From IMG/VR virus record IMGVR_UViG_3300037510_000134: a DNA stretch of 64,000 nt; one strand, 5' to 3'. Shown piece after piece: positions 27,193-36,226 of the stretch. How positions within the stretch are numbered: position 1 is the stretch's first letter; each line of letters starts with the position of its first letter. The stretch comes from a virus. Taxonomy: Duplodnaviria; Heunggongvirae; Uroviricota; Caudoviricetes. The position numbers and the translations under genes are program-made. The notes under the pieces are model-generated. The model had not been told where the DNA came from. It ran no database searches and saw nothing but the letters and a program-made list of their open reading frames with translations.

Positions 27193-27722
27193 ATGTCATC
27201 CTCTTCATGTATTGCTATCATAATCTCATCTAATTGTTGATATAGATGATCTAATGTATCGTTGGTCACTGTAAATGACACAGGGATATTTAAATGCTGT
27301 GTTTCTGTTACATGATTATTTACTAGCTCCAGCCCCGGCCGAATGATACGGATAGTCCAGCCTTCATACCAATTTACCCTATCAAATTCATTTTGATAGC
27401 GCATATCGGTGATCACGATAGATTGATCTATCAAATCATCAGCCATCTTTTTATTAAGTACCTGATCTACCCAGAAATCCGTTCCGAATGTCGCTCTAGC
27501 ATTATGGCCTACATCTTGTAGAAACCTTCTGAAAACAGGAATTCTTTTTGCCGCTTCCCAACCAACTGAGTCAACTGCTTCATTCAATTCTGGATTGATT
27601 AGATAGCAGAATTCTTTTAGCTTGTCCGCAAAAGCTTTTCTTGTAAATCCATAATTCTTAATCAAGTAATTTGCAGCAGTATCTTTTCCGCTTTGAGCTA
27701 GACCAGTTATACCGATTATCAT
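27189..27722 (-). CDS. deoxynucleoside monophosphate kinase (T4 gp1-like P-loop kinase)
   Basis: IGITGLAQSGKDTAANYL P-loop matching the GxxGxxxSGKDT start of T4 dNMP kinase; 177 aa. Confidence 0.55.
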   Translation of the reverse strand: MIIGITGLAQSGKDTAANYLIKNYGFTRKAFADKLKEFCYLINPELNEAVDSVGWEAAKRIPVFRRFLQDVGHNARATFGTDFWVDQVLNKKMADDLIDQSIVITDMRYQNEFDRVNWYEGWTIRIIRPGLELVNNHVTETQHLNIPVSFTVTNDTLDHLYQQLDEIMIAIHEEDDI

Positions 27723-28162
27723 GCCCTAACAACTTCTGTTTCTACAACCACATCTTCTAGAGTTTCAAAGTATCCTGTCCACGAACCAGCGTAATATTCC
27801 TTACCTTCATATTCAAAGCTATATTTGTAATTTTCATACGTAGCTTTGCGGATAGCTTCTTTAAGACCTCGCGCCTTCTCAGCATCGTCAAATACATCTA
27901 CTAGTTGAACGTTACCTGAACTATGACCAAAACTATCACCAGTACCGTAAATGACAAAGACTGGAAATACAATCATTCCTGGAGATACTTCAAAATCAAC
28001 TTCTGTTGACTGGCGGTAACTAGCAGAATCTTTTGAAAAGTCTGCAACATAGACCTTACAGCCTTCAAAACTATTACGTTCTTCCCAGCTACCCCACTCT
28101 ACATCTTCTCTATTATAATATCTAGTTGGGTTACTTACTTCCACATATAAACTATTTGACAT
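27719..28162 (-). CDS. hypothetical protein (147 aa)
   Basis: ORF track. Confidence 0.35.
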   Translation of the reverse strand: MSNSLYVEVSNPTRYYNREDVEWGSWEERNSFEGCKVYVADFSKDSASYRQSTEVDFEVSPGMIVFPVFVIYGTGDSFGHSSGNVQLVDVFDDAEKARGLKEAIRKATYENYKYSFEYEGKEYYAGSWTGYFETLEDVVVETEVVRA

Positions 28163-28356
28163 ACTTAGCTCTCACTCAATTTTCTTTTCCATATCTATTC
28201 TTGATGATAGAAGATCTTCCTAGATCATCAATGCCTATAACTAATTCTGCTTTATATAGCGGTCGGGAGTGTTTAAAGGTCGTGGGAAATCTCTCCCACG
28301 ACCCATCCGCCCAACATACTACCAACCAATCAAAATAGCGACCAGGGTCGGCTAAT

Positions 28357-28665
28357 CTAGACATAGTCGTATACGACTTTTTCTACTGGCTTAACCTGAC
28401 GGAATTCTCCACTATTCCAATCAACGCCATCATAAGAATCGTAATATGCAGATTTACGGAAATACAATGTTTCATTGTTGTGCAAAACACTAAATACAAG
28501 ATATGCCGGGATTCCACTTTCTTCAAGTGGAACATACTTCTCAATACATACCACGTAGCCGATCCCAGGAATGGAAAGGCAGCGATCTACCTCCCAATGA
28601 TTCCAGCCGTTGACATTGAAACCAGCAAGTACCGCGCGGAGAATATTAACTTCTGTTTCATTCAT
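28357..28665 (-). CDS. YYxSYDGxDW-motif protein, paralogue 1 (102 aa)
   Basis: C-terminus ETLYFRKSAYYDSYDGVDWNSGEFRQVKPVEKVVYDYV closely matches the two upstream ORFs. Confidence 0.4.
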   Translation of the reverse strand: MNETEVNILRAVLAGFNVNGWNHWEVDRCLSIPGIGYVVCIEKYVPLEESGIPAYLVFSVLHNNETLYFRKSAYYDSYDGVDWNSGEFRQVKPVEKVVYDYV

Positions 28666-29062
28666 AAACCGTCACCTGTTTCGTTCTTGGAGTTACTTTA
28701 TATAGGTCGCCACAGCACCAATCAGACCCACTATATGAAGCGTAATAACCATTCCTTTTCCAGTATTCTACATTACCTTGTGGATCAGTAATGGTAAACA
28801 CCCAATGGATGTGATCACCTTGACCTTCCCCACCGAAATGCTCAACCGTTTTTAGCTCATAGCCATTAAGGGTTTGATCATTGATTTCTGCAATAATTTC
28901 ACTCCAGTTAATCTCTTCATCTGGTTGAAATTCCTCAGAAAACCAAGGATATTTACGATATTCTTCTAGGCGATCTCCATCTGCTAAAATCTCTTCGTGC
29001 CATTTACGACCTTGTTCATTCCACATATCTAGTAGTAGCTGTTCTACTTCGTCTTTATTCAT
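28658..29062 (-). CDS. YYxSYDGxDW-motif protein, paralogue 2 (134 aa)
   Basis: C-terminus NVEYWKRNGYYASYSGSDWCCGDLYKVTPRTKQVTVYE. Confidence 0.4.
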   Translation of the reverse strand: MNKDEVEQLLLDMWNEQGRKWHEEILADGDRLEEYRKYPWFSEEFQPDEEINWSEIIAEINDQTLNGYELKTVEHFGGEGQGDHIHWVFTITDPQGNVEYWKRNGYYASYSGSDWCCGDLYKVTPRTKQVTVYE

Positions 29063-29468
29063 AGAATGTAACTACTCTTTCTACTGGTCGAACCTCGCGG
29101 AAATCACCATCCCAATCGCTACCATCATATGATGCATAGTAACCTTCTTTACGCCAATATTGGATATCTCCGTTTACATCGGTAGTCTTGAATACCATAT
29201 AAATATCTTCTCCATGACCTTCACCACCAGTGTCTGCCTCTACTAGCTCAACTAGACGGCCGTGAAGCTCAATTGGTTTATTGTAATCACCAAAGCTGGA
29301 TTCTAGACTATCCAGATCAGCCCAATCTAGCTCTGTTTCTGGCTGAAAATCACGACTGGTATACCACGGTTCATTAGCATATCGCACTTCGCGATTCTCG
29401 TGACTGCGCTTCTGAAGAAAATTGACTGTCTGTAGTAGAAGCTCTTCTACTTGATCCTTTGTTAGCAC
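29055..29468 (-). CDS. YYxSYDGxDW-motif protein, paralogue 3 (137 aa)
   Basis: C-terminus DIQYWRKEGYYASYDGSDWDGDFREVRPVERVVTFYE; N-terminus MLTKDQVEELLLQ resembles paralogue 2. Confidence 0.4.
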   Translation of the reverse strand: MLTKDQVEELLLQTVNFLQKRSHENREVRYANEPWYTSRDFQPETELDWADLDSLESSFGDYNKPIELHGRLVELVEADTGGEGHGEDIYMVFKTTDVNGDIQYWRKEGYYASYDGSDWDGDFREVRPVERVVTFYE

Positions 29469-30265
29469 TATCCCTCCAATGGAATTAGCTTATGTGACTT
29501 TGATTTATGTACTGCAACGTAATCTACATCCGGTGTACGCATTACGTCATAATTTTCAATTAGGAATCTACTCGACCAACCTTTAGTCAAGGAAGTAATA
29601 GTCCTCTTCAGAGCCCATGCATATGCTTTGCGTGGGCTCACTGTGTAATTAGAAGGAATTACCTGCCGTTCCAGTGCTGTTGCGTAAACTTCCTCGCGAT
29701 ACAACCTGATCTGCTGGTCCCATGATAGCGCACGGATTTTAGCCATGTCAACATCAATCTCGCTGCCATCTTTTAGGACATCAATATACATAGCATGGTC
29801 GCCATATGCTACTGATTCATGTAATGAGTCGTGGTCATATTTGCGTACTACAGCATCACCAAAGAATTCATCTTTAGTAAGAGCAAGCTTTAGTTGTTTC
29901 TTACCATGGACATCTTCCCATACTTTATATAGACGTTTGTATTGGTCATCTATGATCTTAGCACCGGCCTGCTTTAGCATGACAATGTCAGACATGTGCT
30001 TATCCCAAGAGCCATTACGAAGCTCCCACCCTACATGGCTACATTTAACTGTGTAAAGTTCATCAAGATCTGGCCACACTGCGGATGACGGTCTAGCCTC
30101 AAAAAATTCTACTAGACCGTCATGCCAAAAAGGCTCTACACGAAGACCGTCATATGTACTGGGAAAATCTGTATCATTTGTCCATATATCAAAATCTTTA
30201 GGACTTCTCTTAGATCCAATTAGTTGATTCATAACCCATGAGCCTACAGGCATAGTGTAAATCAT
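29468..30265 (-). CDS. hypothetical protein, possible nucleotidyltransferase fold (265 aa)
   Basis: N-terminal IGSKRSPKDFDIWT weakly resembles the G[GS]...DxD NTase signature; otherwise unassigned. Confidence 0.3.
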   Translation of the reverse strand: MIYTMPVGSWVMNQLIGSKRSPKDFDIWTNDTDFPSTYDGLRVEPFWHDGLVEFFEARPSSAVWPDLDELYTVKCSHVGWELRNGSWDKHMSDIVMLKQAGAKIIDDQYKRLYKVWEDVHGKKQLKLALTKDEFFGDAVVRKYDHDSLHESVAYGDHAMYIDVLKDGSEIDVDMAKIRALSWDQQIRLYREEVYATALERQVIPSNYTVSPRKAYAWALKRTITSLTKGWSSRFLIENYDVMRTPDVDYVAVHKSKSHKLIPLEG

Positions 30266-30468
30266 TAATACAGCCCTTCAAATAGTAGATCCCAACAGGT
30301 ATCATGTGTGCCAGTTACAATGAGCTCTCGTTCGGCAGGTGTTAGTTCTGGAAATACATCTTGAACATGTTCGCCATAATGCCAACGAATAAGCTTCTCT
30401 TCATCTAGTTCTAGAGATTCACTAGTACCACATACTTGACATAGTGGCGTTGTATAAATCACTAGCAT
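30265..30468 (-). CDS. hypothetical CxxC protein (67 aa)
   Basis: CQVCG near the N-terminus. Confidence 0.3.
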   Translation of the reverse strand: MLVIYTTPLCQVCGTSESLELDEEKLIRWHYGEHVQDVFPELTPAERELIVTGTHDTCWDLLFEGLY

Positions 30469-30469
30469 A

Positions 30470-30709
30470 TTAACCTCTCTTCACGACGTCATGCAAAATT
30501 GCTGGATCGTGCTTGAACTTTACTACTGCTTCGTCAAATAGTAAAACTCTTGCTTCGTCAAGAGTATATGTTGGTTCTCCACGCTTACGCTTATTTCTTC
30601 TATGATGCGACCAATGCTGAACTAGCTCCATTACAAATAGCCCGGCGATCATTAAGTGAATTACAATGTCTGTCGCTGGATTTGTCAATAAATCAATAAA
30701 CCATTGCAT
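30470..30709 (-). CDS. small membrane protein (79 aa)
   Basis: One TM helix then a basic region. Confidence 0.3.
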   Translation of the reverse strand: MQWFIDLLTNPATDIVIHLMIAGLFVMELVQHWSHHRRNKRKRGEPTYTLDEARVLLFDEAVVKFKHDPAILHDVVKRG

Positions 30710-30949
30710 CAGTTCTCCTCTAATTATTTAATAGCGGATGCGGAGAGTAAAGGAACTCAACCCTTCAGCCATACTTCCAAATATTAATCTGGGTTACTAA
30801 AGCCAGATTTACGACTAAACCCAGATTTAGAACATCTTACGCCAGCTTTATTGTCATGAACGACGAAAAGGCCATTTACTACTTCAATCATTTGACGACA
30901 AAAAGGACACTTCTTTTTCATTACACCTCCAAATAAATTTTTCTACTTG

Positions 30950-31025
30950 TCCCGAGTACGGGGATCGAACCCGCCTGAACTCTTCCGTGACAGGGAAGCG
31001 ACCACAACCAGCAGTCCCACTCGGG
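30950..31025 (-). tRNA. tRNA-Asp (anticodon GTC)
   Basis: Acceptor CCCGAGT/ACTCGGG perfect 7 bp; D-arm GACT...GGTC; anticodon stem CTTCC/GGAAG with loop CTGTCAC; T-arm GCGGG-TTCGATC-CCCGT. Confidence 0.7.
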
Positions 31026-31097
31026 AAAGTAATTGCTCTCAGGATTTACGGTCCTTACTAAGCAATTACTATAACACAGATGATCAACCGTGTAAGT

Positions 31098-31235
31098 TTA
31101 TTTGCAATTATTGCATCTGATGCCTGATGTAATTGTCACATCGCAACGTCCGCGATTTCTGCAACCCTTACAATTACAACCACATTCTCTTCCAGCCTTT
31201 TTACCCTTACAATTACATTCATATTTATCAGACAT
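31098..31235 (-). CDS. metallothionein-like Cys-rich mini-protein (45 aa, MSDKYECNCKGKKAGRECGCNCKGCRNRGRCDVTITSGIRCNNCK)
   Basis: Hand translation; 12 Cys in 45 aa; GAGGA RBS 7 nt upstream; below the ORF-track cutoff. Confidence 0.4.
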   Translation of the reverse strand: MSDKYECNCKGKKAGRECGCNCKGCRNRGRCDVTITSGIRCNNCK

Positions 31236-31302
31236 ATAGTCCTCAAACCTATTTTGGGCGGACAGTTAGCTTCTAAGACTCTTAAGCAAATCTCCACCCA
31301 TT

Positions 31303-31449
31303 TTACTTACAAGCATCACATTTTCTTCCAGACGAAATGGTTACCAAGCAGCCTCTATTTTCTTTACAGCCTGCGCATCTACACCCACATGATATAGTGG
31401 AGTTTCCATTTTGTCTTTGTCCAGAGCAATAACACTCATATTTTCCCAT
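31303..31449 (-). CDS. metallothionein-like Cys-rich mini-protein (48 aa, MGKYECYCSGQRQNGNSTISCGCRCAGCKENRGCLVTISSGRKCDACK)
   Basis: Hand translation; paralogue of 31098..31235 with the same upstream motif and GGAGG RBS. Confidence 0.4.
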   Translation of the reverse strand: MGKYECYCSGQRQNGNSTISCGCRCAGCKENRGCLVTISSGRKCDACK

Positions 31450-31543
31450 TTAAATCCTCCAGAACCTATTTTGGGCGATCCTGACAAAAGGAACTCTTAA
31501 ATTACAGGATTCTTATCTAGTCCTAGACCCATTTCTTTAGCTA

Positions 31544-32455
31544 TTACTTAACGCCTACCGTCAGTGGTAGACTTGCACCACTAAAGCAAGTAAATCCTGC
31601 TGGCAGTGGACCATTCTTCCTTACATCCCACTTGTTAACCATGTCTAGACACTTAGCGACAAGTGCTTCCGGTGTTAGAGAAGCCTGTGTTTGCTGCCTA
31701 GTCTGGTTATCGATAATTGCTCTCTGCTGTTCAGTCTTTGACTTTTCTACATCTGATCTTGCTTGTGCCTGCTGATTGATACGGGCCTGTGTATCTGGGT
31801 CTACGTCAATACCTGTAATATTCACGTCAACAATTTCAATACCCTGACCATTTAGCTCTTCGTTAAGACCCGCCTTAACATCCCGTGCGATCTTATCAGC
31901 ATTTTGAGACTTTACAGCATCTTCAGGTAGATATCTGCCGGCAACTTCGTAAGCATGAGCTTGGACTCGCTTAGTAACAACCTGATCCTTTACCTTGTCA
32001 AAATCCTTCCAGGCATTCCAAAGCTTAATAGCTTCATCATTACCCTTGACCTTCCAGTTAACATTGACATTGACATAACCAGTTCCACCACCATCGAACT
32101 TAATCTTAATTGCATGCCCTTCTTGATCACCATCTTGACCGTCAAGATCCAGATTTTGATTGGAAGTTGGGAACTCTGTTACATCTGCCCATGGTGCTAG
32201 AAAATTAAAGCCCGGATTGACAGTGCCTGTAGCTCTGCCGAACTCAGTAACAATACCTACAGTACGAGCCTCTACACTGAAGATTGAATTAGAAAGCCAT
32301 ACAACAAGAGTCAATACCAGGAAGAAGGCTGCGAAACCTCCCGCAACTACTTTGGGACTGACATCGTAACGATCTTTGTTCTTTGCAACAACAGTAACCA
32401 CGATCGCTACAAGTGAAAGTAGCGCAAAAAGGCCGATAAAAATAATTGCAACCAT
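31544..32455 (-). CDS. SPFH/band-7 (prohibitin/stomatin-like) membrane protein
   Basis: N-terminal TM helix; band-7 core followed by a long coiled-coil/Gln-rich segment (RINQQAQARSDVEKSKTEQQRAIIDNQTRQQTQ), typical HflK/C-like architecture. Confidence 0.65.
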   Translation of the reverse strand: MVAIIFIGLFALLSLVAIVVTVVAKNKDRYDVSPKVVAGGFAAFFLVLTLVVWLSNSIFSVEARTVGIVTEFGRATGTVNPGFNFLAPWADVTEFPTSNQNLDLDGQDGDQEGHAIKIKFDGGGTGYVNVNVNWKVKGNDEAIKLWNAWKDFDKVKDQVVTKRVQAHAYEVAGRYLPEDAVKSQNADKIARDVKAGLNEELNGQGIEIVDVNITGIDVDPDTQARINQQAQARSDVEKSKTEQQRAIIDNQTRQQTQASLTPEALVAKCLDMVNKWDVRKNGPLPAGFTCFSGASLPLTVGVK

Positions 32456-32499
32456 TTATTTTCCTTAGTTTGTGTGTACATTACTTGGTATTTCTACCG

Positions 32500-32570
32500 C
32501 AGCCCTAGTGGGAATCGGACCCACTTCTGATGACTGAGAATCATCTATCCTACCAATGGACGATAGGGCC
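32500..32570 (-). tRNA. tRNA-Glu (anticodon CTC)
   Basis: Acceptor GGCCCTA/TAGGGCT; D-arm GTCC-ATTGGTA-GGAT; anticodon stem GATGA/TCATC with loop TTCTCAG; T-arm GTGGG-TCCGATT-CCCAC. Confidence 0.65.
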
Positions 32571-32745
32571 AAGTGCAGTTCCTTTTGCTCTACCAGGATG
32601 TCACTGCAAACCAACCGGCATGGACATTTGACATTAGCCGTCGCTAACATCTTTTATTTAGAATGGGTAGTTAACATCCTAAAAAGGCTAGAAGATATAG
32701 CGGAAGAACTACCAACCCCATATCTTTTTCCATAACTAACCTTTG

Positions 32746-32820
32746 TAGTCCATGTGGGGCTTGAACCCACGTTCTCCGGAGTGAAAATCCGGTGAGCTTT
32801 GCCAACAGCTCCAATGGACC
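32746..32820 (-). tRNA. tRNA-Glu (anticodon TTC)
   Basis: Acceptor GGTCCAT/ATGGACT; D-arm GAGC-TGTTGGCAAA-GCTC; anticodon stem CCGGA/TCCGG with loop TTTTCAC; T-arm GTGGG-TTCAAGC-CCCAC. Confidence 0.7.
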
Positions 32821-33124
32821 ATTGTTATCTTGTTGAGTTTAATATGAGTCTCAACTTACCCCGACCGTACACTTGTGGTCTTAATTGGATGGATAACGCA
32901 CCCTATTTCTTGCTGTTGTGACTACAGTCTAGCGCATGGCACGTGCCCTGTCAAGACTTTTTCGGTGGTTCTGGAGGTGGCATCGGTGTGCGCGATCCAG
33001 GTATGATCGTAACCAAATTACCACATTTACAGTAAAAAGCTTTTACTCTTACTGTATCTTTACCACTTTCTACAATCTCGCTTTTTGCTATCGTACCCTT
33101 GCAGACATGCCTACCCATCTTTCT

Positions 33125-33301
33125 TTAACCTAGACAACGATCAATGTGTAGTAGGCGATTCTTTTCATTGAGATCCTTTACGGACATGCCGCAAATAGGG
33201 CAAAACTTTGTTGGATCTCCACCCTTACCACCACGCGCGGTTTCACGTGCTTTCGCCCGCGCCTTTTCCATTGCCTTCATCTTTTCGCGGTTACTTACCA
33301 T
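33125..33301 (-). CDS. zinc-ribbon mini-protein (58 aa, ...FCPICGMSVKDLNEKNRLLHIDRCLG)
   Basis: Hand translation; CPIC...H..C motif; basic N-terminus. Confidence 0.35.
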   Translation of the reverse strand: MVSNREKMKAMEKARAKARETARGGKGGDPTKFCPICGMSVKDLNEKNRLLHIDRCLG

Positions 33302-33355
33302 TATTTCCTCCTAGTTACTATAATTACATGGAGTGACTACCTCGGACCCCCACAG

Positions 33356-33429
33356 TGTAGACGAGAGGACTTGAACCTCTGGCCACTAGTGTATCAGACT
33401 AGCGCTCTAACCGACTGAGCTACGTCTAC
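33356..33429 (-). tRNA. tRNA-Ile (anticodon GAT)
   Basis: Acceptor GTAGACG/CGTCTAC; D-arm GCTC-AGTCGGTTA-GAGC; anticodon stem CTAGT/ACTAG with loop CTGATAC; T-arm AGAGG-TTCAAGT-CCTCT. Confidence 0.8.
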
Positions 33430-33438
33430 ATATATTGA

Positions 33439-33671
33439 TTAAGCATCAGGACTATTCTCTTCTGCCCTGGCGGCTTGCCATGCTCCCCAATGTGCACCTA
33501 CTAAAGCCCATAAACTAATAAAGACTAGGAAAGGTACACTATCTTGAAGAGGTGTAAATACAGCTACAGGTATCATCATTAACCATATTACTGTCATTAC
33601 AGCATGGAAGTGTCTTAAAAATTTAACATCTTGCAAAAATTTTAACATGTTTATATTATAACATGGTATTG
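33439..33671 (-). CDS. small membrane protein (ORF-track start overlaps tRNA-Val; true start probably at an internal Met such as MLKFLQ...)
   Basis: Two TM helices; upstream part of the 96-aa ORF overlaps the tRNA at 33672..33743. Confidence 0.3.
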
Positions 33672-33743
33672 TAGAGATAGAGAGATTTGAACTCCCGACC
33701 TGCTGTTTGTAAAACAGCTGCTCTCCCACTGAGCTATATCTCT
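33672..33743 (-). tRNA. tRNA-Val (anticodon TAC)
   Basis: Acceptor AGAGATA/TATCTCT; D-arm GCTC-AGTGGGA-GAGC; anticodon stem GCTGT/ACAGC with loop TTTACAA; T-arm GGGAG-TTCAAAT-CTCTC. Confidence 0.75.
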
Positions 33744-34224
33744 TAGCACATTTTATATTGTGCTACCAATGTACCATTTCCCTTATGGTAAGCTACTGCA
33801 CTTCGTTCAGCTAAAGGAGCATCTACCTGTGATAATGAAAAATCACAAGCGCTACAACTAACCTCATACTTTCCCGTACTACCAATTTTCTTAAGCTTTA
33901 CGATGTGCTTTTTAGACATTAACCCTCTTTAGGCGTTGTATGATCTCTTCCAGTATCACAAATACAGGTTTTTCTCACATATCTATTAAGTGCTTTATCC
34001 CAATATTTGTGGGTATGTCTAGGACTTTTATTTGGCAAATTGGGATCTGGCTCTGGATGCTTCATTGACACCTCTTACATAGTCTTCCATTAGGAGTCTG
34101 AACCTCACATCTTGCAGTATTACCTCTTCCGGCAAATTTGCAAATTGTACAACCACAATTACAGCTATTATTTTTAACTTTTCCTCTACAGGAACAATCT
34201 TTATATAATATTTCTTTACTCATG

Positions 34225-34296
34225 TGGGGGCCAGTGGATTCGAACCACTATGGCAAGAGCTTATGAGACTCCGCTGGATCGCCGGTCCGGACCCCC
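34225..34296 (-). tRNA. tRNA with anticodon CAT (Met or Ile-lysidine type), atypical D-arm
   Basis: Acceptor GGGGGTC/GGCCCCC; anticodon stem GGAGT/GCTCT (two G-U) with loop CTCATAA; perfect T-arm AGTGG-TTCGAAT-CCACT; D-arm short and poorly paired. Confidence 0.5.
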
Positions 34297-34476
34297 TTAA
34301 TGATCTGGACAAATATCTGGATCTCTTTGCCACTTTCTTTTTTGCGCCTGACTAAAAAGACGCTCTATTGCATCACTTACTTTAGTCATTCCGCGTCTAG
34401 ATATTTGTACCTCTATACTTGATGAACATTTTGAACACTTTAATGTAACATGGTCGAAATCAACCTTCAATGGCAT
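34297..34476 (-). CDS. zinc-ribbon mini-protein (about 59 aa from internal Met MPLKVDFDHVTLKCSKCSSS...)
   Basis: The 110-aa ORF-track model overlaps tRNA-Gln(CTG); the internal ATG at 34476 gives a non-overlapping CxxC...C..H protein. Confidence 0.35.
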   Translation of the reverse strand: MPLKVDFDHVTLKCSKCSSSIEVQISRRGMTKVSDAIERLFSQAQKRKWQRDPDICPDH

Positions 34477-34491
34477 ATTATTCCCTCCTGC

Positions 34492-34563
34492 TGTCCATCC
34501 AGGACTCGAACCTAGAATGACAGATTCAGAGTCTGTCGTGTTGCCAATTACACTAATGGACAA
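34492..34563 (-). tRNA. tRNA-Gln (anticodon CTG)
   Basis: Acceptor TGTCCAT/ATGGACA perfect; D-arm GTGT-AATTGGCA-ACAC; anticodon stem ACAGA/TCTGT with loop CTCTGAA; T-arm CTAGG-TTCGAGT-CCTGG. Confidence 0.75.
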
Positions 34564-34955
34564 ATTCCAATTGATCTTTATCTGCAATCTTTGCAAAGAC
34601 CGCCATATTTTCCCACCATTTTTGTGCAACGCCCTAATCCATTTTCACAGTTATTGCAATTACATCTACAGACTCTTCTCTTTCCAGGGAGCTTTTTAGG
34701 TGGATTACATGAACATGTCATTATTTACTATCACTCTTTACTTATTAAATTATTTACAATCTGAGCAAGCATAACCCTTTAATGCATCCTTTACGCACAA
34801 GTTTCCATTTCTACACCTCTTGCAACTACAATTGCAAAGTATAGATGCACCATACAACATCTTACTACCTTTGCATACGCAATGTCTAATTGTTTCTTTT
34901 ACCATATCTCGCTCACACATAGTTATTAACTTGGTCTAAATGCTTGCAGCCCGCG

Positions 34956-35026
34956 CTCCCCCACCAGGAATCGAACCGAGATCATTGGATTAACAGTCCA
35001 AGGTTTTGCCGTTAAACTATAGGGGA
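34956..35026 (-). tRNA. tRNA-Asn (anticodon GTT)
   Basis: Acceptor TCCCCTA/TGGGGGA; D-arm GTTT-AACGGC-AAAC; anticodon stem TTGGA/TCCAA with loop CTGTTAA; T-loop TTCGATT. Confidence 0.7.
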
Positions 35027-35176
35027 ATAATTATTTAACACTGTTTACATTTATTTTTATTTGAATCACTTGGGAACATTACTGTGCACCAGTGCCAGTT
35101 TTTACATCCTTGGCATCTACAACCACAAGGTTTATCATTTTTATTTCCAAAACAGGAGCATCTTTTCTTTGTCACG

Positions 35177-35250
35177 AGCGGGTGACCAGATTCGAACTGG
35201 CACTTACAGTTTGGAAGACTGTTGTGCTAACCTTTAAACACTACACCAGC
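35177..35250 (-). tRNA. tRNA-Gly (anticodon TCC)
   Basis: D-arm GTGT-TTAAAGGTTA-GCAC; anticodon stem ACAGT/ACTGT with loop CTTCCAA; T-arm GCCAG-TTCGAAT-CTGGT; one U-C mismatch at acceptor pair 3-70. Confidence 0.6.
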
Positions 35251-35464
35251 AATGTGATATGGAAGAGGAGACAACCATATCACAAGTTATTACTTAACCT
35301 TACCACTATTTTGACACAATCCGCCATCCGCCGGTCTTAGATGCATGGACCATTTTTGTCGTCCATCTGCTGATTCAAAATGCATGGTCCTTGCCCCGCA
35401 TTTTGGACAGGTGGCAGGAGTTTCATCACCATATGCCATATTTTCTCCAGTTCATACTACTGAG

Positions 35465-35536
35465 CATGGACGTAGGGAGTCGAACCCCATTTCGACCGGT
35501 TTTGGAGACCAGTTGCCTATCCGTTGGCTCATCCAT
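35465..35536 (-). tRNA. tRNA-Trp (anticodon CCA)
   Basis: Acceptor ATGGATG/CGTCCAT; anticodon stem CTGGT/ACCGG with loop CTCCAAA; T-arm TGGGG-TTCGACT-CCCTA. Confidence 0.6.
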
Positions 35537-35577
35537 TCAACAGGTAAGTACTAGCTTACACCATCCTAAGCTGCATG

Positions 35578-36162
35578 TCAAGCAAGAACTCCATCTAGCA
35601 TGGCTCGTGCAGCATGATTCATATTAGCCGTGCAACTACTTACATAGTTAGTCCATGTTGCACCAAGCATTTTAGCACCACAGTCAGCAACAGGTTCTAA
35701 TCCTCCAAAAGGAGCTAATGCTGAACGTGCTGTATCAATGTCACCATAAATACGTCCCTGGCGAACATGTATAGATTCATGTAACATAACGTCATCAAGA
35801 TATTTGAGAGGAGTTCTGGGGGCGATATAAACAATACCATTACTAAGGTCAGTTGCTCCCCAAGAACCTTTATCAGATATTATATATGTACCAGGTAAGC
35901 GAGACTTCATACTGTTAAATACTTCCTGCCAGCTTGTTTCCGGATGAGATTGAGATATATCTTTTGTCTTAGGTAGATCCGGCTTTTTGGTCGTTATAAT
36001 AGAAGCAGAAATATATTTAGTAGTTGGCAATGTAAAATCCGGTACATATACATAATACTTTTCCGAATTTGTTTTATGTGCTTGTATATTAATAGTGTTA
36101 ATTGAGGATGCAGAAAGCATAAATATGGCTAAGATAATTATAATGATCTTAAGAGACTTCAT
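35578..36162 (-). CDS. secreted zinc metallopeptidase (HExxH)
   Basis: N-terminal signal peptide MKSLKIIIIILAIFMLSASS; HESIH zincin motif near residue 130; 194 aa. Confidence 0.55.
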   Translation of the reverse strand: MKSLKIIIIILAIFMLSASSINTINIQAHKTNSEKYYVYVPDFTLPTTKYISASIITTKKPDLPKTKDISQSHPETSWQEVFNSMKSRLPGTYIISDKGSWGATDLSNGIVYIAPRTPLKYLDDVMLHESIHVRQGRIYGDIDTARSALAPFGGLEPVADCGAKMLGATWTNYVSSCTANMNHAARAMLDGVLA

Positions 36163-36226
36163 TGCCTTCTCCGGTCGGTAGCTGGTGGAGGCACCAGTCT
36201 ATCGCATCAGACTACCACTGTCAAGA

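Noticed and set aside
34297-34629. 110-aa ORF-track model on the minus strand
   Set aside because: Its N-terminal half overlaps tRNA-Gln(CTG) at 34492..34563; it is reported as a 59-aa zinc-ribbon ORF starting at the internal ATG at 34476.
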